From the NCBI RefSeq assembly GCF_009914755.1, contig NC_060930.1: a stretch of DNA of 64,000 nucleotides. One strand, written 5' to 3'. Positions 53,508 through 64,000 of the stretch are shown here, piece after piece. Within the stretch, counting starts at the first letter, position 1. The number at the start of each line of letters is the position of its first letter. Below the pieces are notes generated by a model. The model worked only from the letters and a program-made list of their open reading frames with translations, made no database searches and was not told the origin of the DNA. This DNA comes from the human T2T-CHM13v2.0 reference genome, Homo sapiens. The position numbers were made by a program, and so were the translations under genes.

Positions 53508-53872
53508 AGGCCGGGCATGATGGCTCATGCCTGTAATCCCAACACTGGGAGGCCAAGGCAGGAGGATCAGAGGATTGCTTGAGACCAGCCTAGGCAACAT
53601 AGTGAAATTCCATCTCTACAAAAAATACAAAAGTTAACCGGGCTTGGAGGCGCGTGCCGGTAGTCCCAGCTACTTGGGAGGCTGAAGCAGGAGGATCGCT
53701 TGAGCACGGGAGGTCGGGGCTACAGTGAGGGGTGGTCGTGACATTGCACTCCAGTCTTGGTGACAGAGTGAGACCCCATCTCAAAAAAAAAAGGAAGGAA
53801 AGGAAGGAAGGAAAAGGAAGAAAGTAAAGGATGGAAGGAAGGAAGGAAGAGAGGGAGAGAGGAAGGGAGGAA
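53508..53872 (+). mobile_element. AluJ with (GGAA)n purine-rich tail
   Basis: Alu dimer then aaggaaggaaaggaaggaagg... Confidence 0.85.
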
Positions 53873-54714
53873 TAAATTAGGTATGTGGCTGAAGAGGTTC
53901 CCTAGGGTATAGTTCTTCTTAGCAATGTCACCTGTCTGTAGTCTTGTACCAGGAAGTAGCATTCTGTGACTAAAGCCTCCTACCTCTCCAGGCTTCTCAC
54001 TTTAGACTTGTCTGAAGCCAAATGGCCTCCACAACCTGTTCATGCTGTCTTTTTGTTCTGGAATACTCTTTATCTTTGCTGCTCATTCTCCTCTGTTCAA
54101 GATCCAGTTGAAAAGTCACGGCCTCAGCTGCTTTACACTCCTGCAGAAGCAGCTCCCCTGCCCCACCTTATCCACACTTCTCTTGCAGCACCTCTTCCAT
54201 TGCATCTTAACAATTTGTGTAGATCTCAGTTCCCTCTATGCCCGGGCCCTGCCCACCCCCAACCACCAGCACACCAAATGTGAGCAGGCAACCTAATGAT
54301 TGGCCCAGGACCTAGACTTTTATCCAGCTTCATCACTGAGTGGGCTTCCAATATCACTTTGCATGAGGAACGGAGAAATGGAAGAGAAATCGTCTGCATG
54401 TCTAATAAGATGTTCTCTACAAGTGGAGAAAATTCCCCTTCAGCATTACAGGAAGTTTATTTTCTGATTTTTCAATTCTAGCTCAGCTTTTAAGCAGTCC
54501 ACAGGGTGGGATTCCTAAATCTAAACCCCAACTCCCCCATCACTTCCACCAACTTTTTCAAAGGACAAACATCCTTTGCTGCCACCTATGCTAAATCCAT
54601 TAGAAAACACTCTTGGGAGTGTGGTCTGCCTTTGGGAGTTCTTAGTCATCTGATTGCTAGGGTCAGTATCAATTACCCTCCATCCGTTTTGAGGACTGAA
54701 TTTGTATATTGTTT

Positions 54715-55250
54715 TTGTTTTCTTTCTATTTTAAGTTCGGGTACGTGTGCAGGATGTGCAGGTTTGTTACATAGGTAAACGTGTGCCACAGTGGTTTACC
54801 CGCACAGATCATCCCATCACCTACGTATTAAGCCCAGCGTCTCTATTAGCTCTTCTTCCTGATGCTTTCCCTCTGCCAACGCCCCCCACCAGCCCCAGTA
54901 TGTGTTGTTCCCTTGCATGTGTCCATAAGTTCTCATCAATCAGCTCCCACGTATGAGAACATGCGGTGTTTGGGTATTCTGTCTCTGCGTTACTTTGCTG
55001 AGAATAATGTCTTCCAACTCTATCCATGTCCCTGCAAAGGACATGATCTCGTTCCTTTTTATGGCTGCATAATATTCTATGGCGTATATATACGACATTT
55101 TCTTTATCCAGTCTATCACTGATGGGCATTTAGGTTGATTTCATGTCTTTGCTATTGTGAATAGTGCTGCAGTGAACATACGCGTGCATGTATCTTTATG
55201 ACAGAATGATTTATATTCCTTTGGATCTATGGGATCGCTGGGTCAAATTC
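54715..55250 (-). mobile_element. L1PA 3' end
   Basis: gtgcaggatgtgcaggtttgttacataggtaaacgtgtgcc ... tttgctattgtgaatagtgctgcagtgaacatac. Confidence 0.9.
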
Positions 55251-56029
55251 CTATACGTTTTAGTTCAGGTCTAGAAAAGTAAAATCATTAATTAAGGGAA
55301 GTTAGCAGAGTTATTTTGGCCCTGAGAGGCTGTGATTTAAAATATTCAGAAAATGTAGTTGAAGTAGTTGATTTGGCTTCAACTTGAATTCCCTATGTAA
55401 TTGCAGGGAATTCAAGGGACTCTGAATTCAATTCAGGGAATTCAAACAGACCTCTTTGCCTTTGAGCTAGTTTTCCCCCTAGGCTTTTCTTAGCCTGCAA
55501 AAATCCTGGTTATCTTTGAGGACCCAGTTGAGTTGGTCTTGCTCCTAAATCATTGACAAGCCCCTACCCTCAGGCAGAGCAGTTTGTCCTTTGTGCTCCA
55601 AATACTTTTTGTTGTCACTGTAGTTAGGGTTTGCGGTTTAATCATCTATTGCTGCTGCCAGAAAGCAGAATCTTGGAGGGTAGGGAGCTTTATATCTTTG
55701 CGAGCCTCAACCAACACAAAGCTTGGCGTCAGATTGAATTCAAATTCACCTTACGTTGCTAGTATGAAACCAATTGTGTTGTTGCTTTCATACAAATCCA
55801 GCAGTTTTCTGCTAATGAGACCTGCAATGTAAAATTTAAAAAGAAAAAAGAAAAAATATCCAACAGGTTTCTACCGTCCAAGTCACTGATAGAATCTACA
55901 ACAGATCGACAGAGTTACAGCTGTTTCCTGCCCCAGTTTTAGGCACCATAAAGATTTTCTAGAAGGCTTGCCAATCATCATCATCCTGTAAGTTCTTACA
56001 CTGCTACGCACTAAACTAATTGCCTTTCC

Positions 56030-57455
<1,426 letters not shown>

Positions 57456-57718
57456 GACTAAGTGCCCTTTGGACGTTATTTCTTTGAATTAAGATTGTTG
57501 CAATCACTGAGGACACTGAGATATGGAGTCTGTATTACTTGCCCAAGGACGCCCAGCTAGTAAGTGTCAGTGTCAAGATGATTACATTTGAATTTAAAAT
57601 GGAGTCGATTAGGAGATGAAATTGTCTGACATTGAATTAAGGACACACTATATGGACAAAATGTTAGTTTAGGTCTGTAACTCCTAAATCCTGTGACCAA
57701 GAAAATAGCTAAGACTCA

Positions 57719-58686
<968 letters not shown>

Positions 58687-59968
58687 TGAGGTGGTCAGAG
58701 AGCTGCTGGGAAAATAAATAAAGCAATTTAATTTAATCCTAATATGTAGTTACTATGATTAGATTCCTTTTCTGCGATTTTATGTAAACCATCATTCCTC
58801 TTTTTAAGAATCAAGTGGGTACAGCCCCCCAGCCCCCTCCTTTCTAATAAAACTGTATCTTCTCTTTCTAGTCTATATCCTTTTCCTCCCAGCTCTTGCA
58901 CGGTGAGCTGAAGGGTTCTTGCTGAAGTCCTAGTTGGTGCCTTTGCTTTTACTTTTTTGGCTTTTTCCATTTTGCAAGAGCTGTGCCTTGGCTGTGATCT
59001 CCATTTTTGTGGGTGCTCATTGGTCTGCGCTATCGACATTTGACCACCTAGAAACTTTGGAGTTTTGTTTAAATCCACATCAAGCCAGCTCAAACTTCCT
59101 TAGTGATTTTTGCTGCTTTAAATACTACCTTTTGTGTTCCTGAGCTTGACAAACTTAGGACAGTTTCTGACAGGGTTTCATGTTCTTTTGTTTTTACCTC
59201 GAAGGATTCATAACTGTGTCTCTTTCTAGTATTCTCCTTATTAGGAATAAAGCGAACTTCAAATTCCTATGATCGTTGCAATCCTAACCTCCTTCGTGCC
59301 TTGTGAAAAATCATAACAGTTTTCATGAAGGGTAAATCAGTCACCCTTGTAGAATTTTCCATTCAAATCCTGAGCCATGTGAAGCTGTTTTTAGCTGCTT
59401 TCCTGAGTTTAGTCCTGGTCTGGGAGACTCAAGTGTCTTCAGCTTTGTGAATCAGGCAAAAGCCAGCAGTGGAGGAGGGTGTAAGACTTCCTTGCTTTTC
59501 AGCTCCCAGGCAATACAAGGGATGGTTAAGATGGCAGGGTAAATGAAATTAAAGAAAAGGCAAGGTTAAGAAATAAAATCAGTTACAATGGATAGGTCAC
59601 TGTTGACAAGATGTGGGGCCTGAAAGTAGAAACCTGGAGTTGTTCCAAAGGTTGCAGGGTCTAGTTCCAAGGGCAGCTAGAAATGACTTGATCTTTTCCC
59701 CATGTGTAATATTTTCCCGATGTGTGTTTTTAGCTTCTTAAACTGATTCCTGTAACGGCAGCCTCTTTTGCTGTTCTTTATGCCTCACTGCTGAGCTTCC
59801 CTGCCATGTCTGTGCATGCTGACTTGCTGGGAATGGGTTACAGATGGGCTACACGTTGATCTCAGCAGCATATACGGCAGGCAAAACCCAGGACAGTTGA
59901 AGCCGTTTGGCCAGATACCTCTGGCTGAGAGCAGCTTTGTCCATTTTATCTACAGGTTTCAGACAAAT

Positions 59969-60380
<412 letters not shown>

Positions 60381-60739
60381 AATATTACTCTTTGAAGATC
60401 TATAAAATATTTAAAGATCTCAGTGAGTTTTCAACCTTTTATTTTATTTATTATATTTTAAAGCTGATTTTTATGAAAGCAGTATATCCTTATTTTAAAA
60501 ATGTAAACAGTACACAAAAGATTAAGAAAAATAAAACATGTCCATACTTCTTCATCCTTCTCTGTATTACATCTTTTTCCAGAGATAACATTAATAATAT
60601 GTTGGTAATCTATGGCACACCCATCTGTATATAAAAATATACTTTATGGAATCATTACACTTTTTTTCTTTTATGGTTCATGATTTTATGTCCTACCTTA
60701 AGAAATTATTGCCATCCTGAGATCACAAAGATTTCCTTT

Positions 60740-62030
60740 GACCTTTTATTTTAAACTAGTTCAAACTTACTATACTTAACAAGAATAGTATAAAGAGCTC
60801 CCGTATACCTTTTATCCATATTTCCCAACCCATAATATTTTGTACACTTGCCTAATCATATCTGCTCTCTCTCTTATTCATATATTTTTCTTAAACTATT
60901 TGCAAGTTATCCCTTAATATTTCAAAGCATATTTCCTAGCAACAAAGACACCCACCCCCATGTAACCACAGTACAACTATCAAGTGATAAGTAGCATTAC
61001 TATTTAATCCACAGACCCTATTCCAGTGTGCATGGTTATACTCATTATGTCCTTCATGAATCTGGGATCTGATCAAGAATCTTAAGCTAAACTTTGGCCA
61101 TCATATCTCTTTAGTCCCCTCCAGTTTGGAACAATTTCTCAGTCTGTCTTTGTCTTCCAAGATCTCATTTTTGAAGAGTGCAGCTCTGATGATTTCTCAT
61201 GATTAAATTTAGGTTATACCTTTTGGGCAAAGATATGGTGGAAATAATGCTGTAGAGCCTTATAATGATGATGACTTTTTATCACTTGGCTAAGATAGTG
61301 CCTGCCACATTTCTCCAGTGAAAAGCTAGGAAGTGTTTTTATTTATTACTAAGTAGATATCCTGTTTATCAAACAATCACTCTCCAGTTTTGCCATTCAT
61401 TGGATCTTGCCTGACTCAGTTTTTACTGTGATCGTTACCAAATCATGAATTTTAAATAAAATTCATCCTTCTTCTGTGTTTATTAGTTGACATTCAACTA
61501 TTAGGTAGAGCCATCCCTTCTCCTGTGTGTTGGCTTATTTATTTATATCTCTGGGGACTTAGATTTATATTTATTCAATGGGTTATAATCCATTATTCTT
61601 TTTACTTACTTTACTGCTCAAATTGTCCCAGACTTGGCCAGTGAAAGCCTGTTCAAGCTGGCTTGTGTGTTCTTTCAACAAGTCCCAGTGATTCTTTTTG
61701 GCACAGGAGATGTTCCAAGCTAATCCTGCACTTAACCTGCCCCAGTCTTGCAATCAGCCATTCTTTCCAAGAAGGAAGCCCTGGTTCTACTGAATAGAGA
61801 ATGGTATTTAAAGATCAAAATCTGGGAAGCTGAAACAGGAGGATCACTTGAGCCTAGGAGTTTGAGGCTGCAGTTAGCTAAGATCTTGCCACTGCACTCC
61901 ATGCACTCCAGCCTGGGCAACAGAATGAGACCCTATCTCTAAAAAAGTTAAAAATAAATAAATGAAAGTGAACACCACAGTTCTCCTTAGGTCAAAGGAT
62001 TTTTCTGTGAAGCAGATCTGGGCACTGACA
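60740..62030 (-). mobile_element. Old L1MC fragments with an Alu monomer (about 61825-61962)
   Basis: gatgttccaagctaatcctgcac, aatcagccattctttccaag, aatggtatttaaagatcaaaatctggg motifs. Confidence 0.65.
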
Positions 62031-62279
62031 CCAAGATATTCCTGGGCCTCCCAGAAAGGGCACCACAAAAGGCTGCTGCAACAAGAGCAAGAGCTTGGGA
62101 ACAAAGCCGTTCACATTCAGGTCTTGGGTCAGCCATTGCTACCTGAGTGATTAGGGGCAAACACCAGTGACCTTCTGAGTGTAGCACCTAATGCCAGCTA
62201 TCAGCGTCATCACTCATACTTTCCTGGTACCCTCTTATTACCATCCACTCCACTTGCCAGGGCAGCCCCCTCCCACTCC

Positions 62280-63215
62280 TGGTATAATCTAGATATATAA
62301 AATCTTGTTTTTGTACTTCATATAAGTGGAAATATACAGCATATGTTATTTTTTCTATCTGGCTTGCTTTTGTTCAACATTATGTTTGTGAGATTCACCG
62401 TTTTGTTGCAGGCAGTTGTATTTCATTCATTCTCATTGTTGCATAGAGAGAAGAACCCATATTTGGAGACCTTTTTTTTTTTTTGAGACGAAGTCTCGCT
62501 GTCACCCAGACTGGAGTGCAATGGCGTGATCTCAGTTCACTTGCAACCTCCACCTCCTGGGTTCAAGCAGTTCTCTGCCTCAGCCTCCCAAGTAGCTCGG
62601 ATTACAGGCGCATGCCACCACACCCGGCTAATTTTTGTATTTTTAGGAGAGACGGGGTTTCACCACGTTGGACAGGCTGGTCTTGAACTCCTGACCTCGT
62701 GATCCACACGCCTTGGCCTTCTAAAGTGCTGGGATTGCAGGAGTGTGCCACCGCGCCCAGCGTGAAGACATTTTTGGTTGTCAGAGGTTGAGGGAGGGAA
62801 GCAAAAGGTGCTACTGGCATTAGTGGGTAGAGGCCAGGGGTGCCCCTCAGCATCCTACAATGCACAGGGCAGCACATCCTACAACACACAGCCCTCACAA
62901 CACGGCATTTTTCAGCCCAAAATGCCAATAGTGCCCACGCTGAGAAACCCTGCTCTATAGTAACTGTTGGTGGGCATTTGAGTAGTCCCCAGTTTGGCTC
63001 TATTATGAATATGGCTGCAGCGAATCTTGACTTAGATATCTTTTGATGAATATATTTCATTTCTGTTGAGTAAATACTGGAGAATGGAATTTTGGGTCAT
63101 AGGATATAGGTATGCTCAACTTTAGTAGACATTGTATTGTTGGTTTTTCAAAGTTGTCATACCAATTCACACTTCTCCATCAGGGCATGAGGGTTGCTGT
63201 TGCTCCATATCTTCA
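62280..63215. mobile_element. L1ME fragment with inserted Alu (62473-62761, -) and MER20 (about 62765-62953)
   Basis: L1 3'-UTR motifs; MER20 gacatttttggttgtca ... tgagaaaccctg. Confidence 0.75.
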
Positions 63216-63269
63216 CGAATTGAATTGGTATTTTCTGCCTTACTTCCTTTCTCTCTCAATCTCTCTCTC

Positions 63270-63410
63270 TTTTTTTTTTTTTTTTTTTTTTTTTTGAGAC
63301 AGGGTCTCGCTCTGTCACCCAGGTTGGAGTGTAGTGGCACAGTCTGGGCTCACTGCAACATCCGCCTCTCAGGCTCAAGCAATTCTCCTGCCTCAGTCTC
63401 CCCAGTAGCT
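63270..63410 (-). mobile_element. Alu right-arm fragment
   Basis: Poly(T) head and right-arm motifs only. Confidence 0.8.
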
Positions 63411-63759
63411 CTCTGTCTCTCTTTTAATCCCTTTCCTACACCGTCTTCGAATTCAGCTTATGACCACTACTCAATGCAGCAGTGTTTATTGTTAAATAAT
63501 TCTGTTCTGTATTTTGTATAATATGGATTGTGCCCAGATGTGGTTGCTGTGTATCGTAATTAGAGATGGTGTTTGGGAGATGACTTGTAACCAAGGTTTC
63601 TCTCATTTAAATATAAGCACCAGGTGTTTGTGTATTCATTTTCTCCCACTACTACCACCAATTAGTTTTCCATAGTAAATTTTGCTCTAGTGGTTAGATT
63701 GTCCATCATTTGAGTTCATGTTTACTATGTATTTCCAAATTATATAGTAGTTTACCCCA

Positions 63760-64000
63760 ATTTTTTCTGTTTGTTTGAGACGGAGTTTTGCTCTTGTTGC
63801 CTAGGCTGGGGTGCAGTGGCGCAATCTGGGCTCACTGAAACCTCTGCTTCCCGGGTTCAAGTAATTCTTCTGTCTCAGCCTCCCGAGTATCTGGGATTAC
63901 AGGTGCCCACCACCATGCCTGGCTAATTTTTGTATTTTTAGTAGAGGTGGGGTTTCGCCATGTTAGCCAGGCTGGTCTTGAACTCCTTGCCTTGGCCTCC
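63760..64000 (-). mobile_element. AluS, cut by the window end
   Basis: Antisense Alu motifs. Confidence 0.88.

Noticed and set aside
58730-59560. Possible processed pseudogene in repeat-poor intronic DNA
   Set aside because: I could not recognise a parent protein, poly(A) tail or TSD; a BLAST search would be needed.

Overview
Primate, almost certainly human, Alu-dense genomic DNA covering the 5' part of the GCNT2 (I-branching beta-1,6-GlcNAc transferase, I blood group) locus on the + strand. The only intact coding sequence is the variable first coding exon of isoform A (ATG 42620 to phase-1 donor after 43544), preceded by two probable 5'-UTR exons. About 15 kb upstream lies a decayed copy of a GCNT2 variable exon (27702-28650). 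It keeps the same start context and an intact phase-1 donor, and it shares a gene-conversion-like tract with exon 1A. At the left end, two solo ERV9 LTRs (LTR12 family) sit back to back and point away from each other. Each has an intact CpG-rich, CCAAT-rich U3, but the DNA downstream of each predicted start site is heavily eroded. That erosion is a loss of cytosine on the sense strand, it switches strand with LTR orientation, and it removes the LTR poly(A) signal. The rest is Alu, L1, MIR/L2, MaLR and DNA-transposon relics, plus a few template-switch scars. Repeat subfamily names and divergence estimates come from recalled consensus sequences, not alignments, and many repeat boundaries are approximate.
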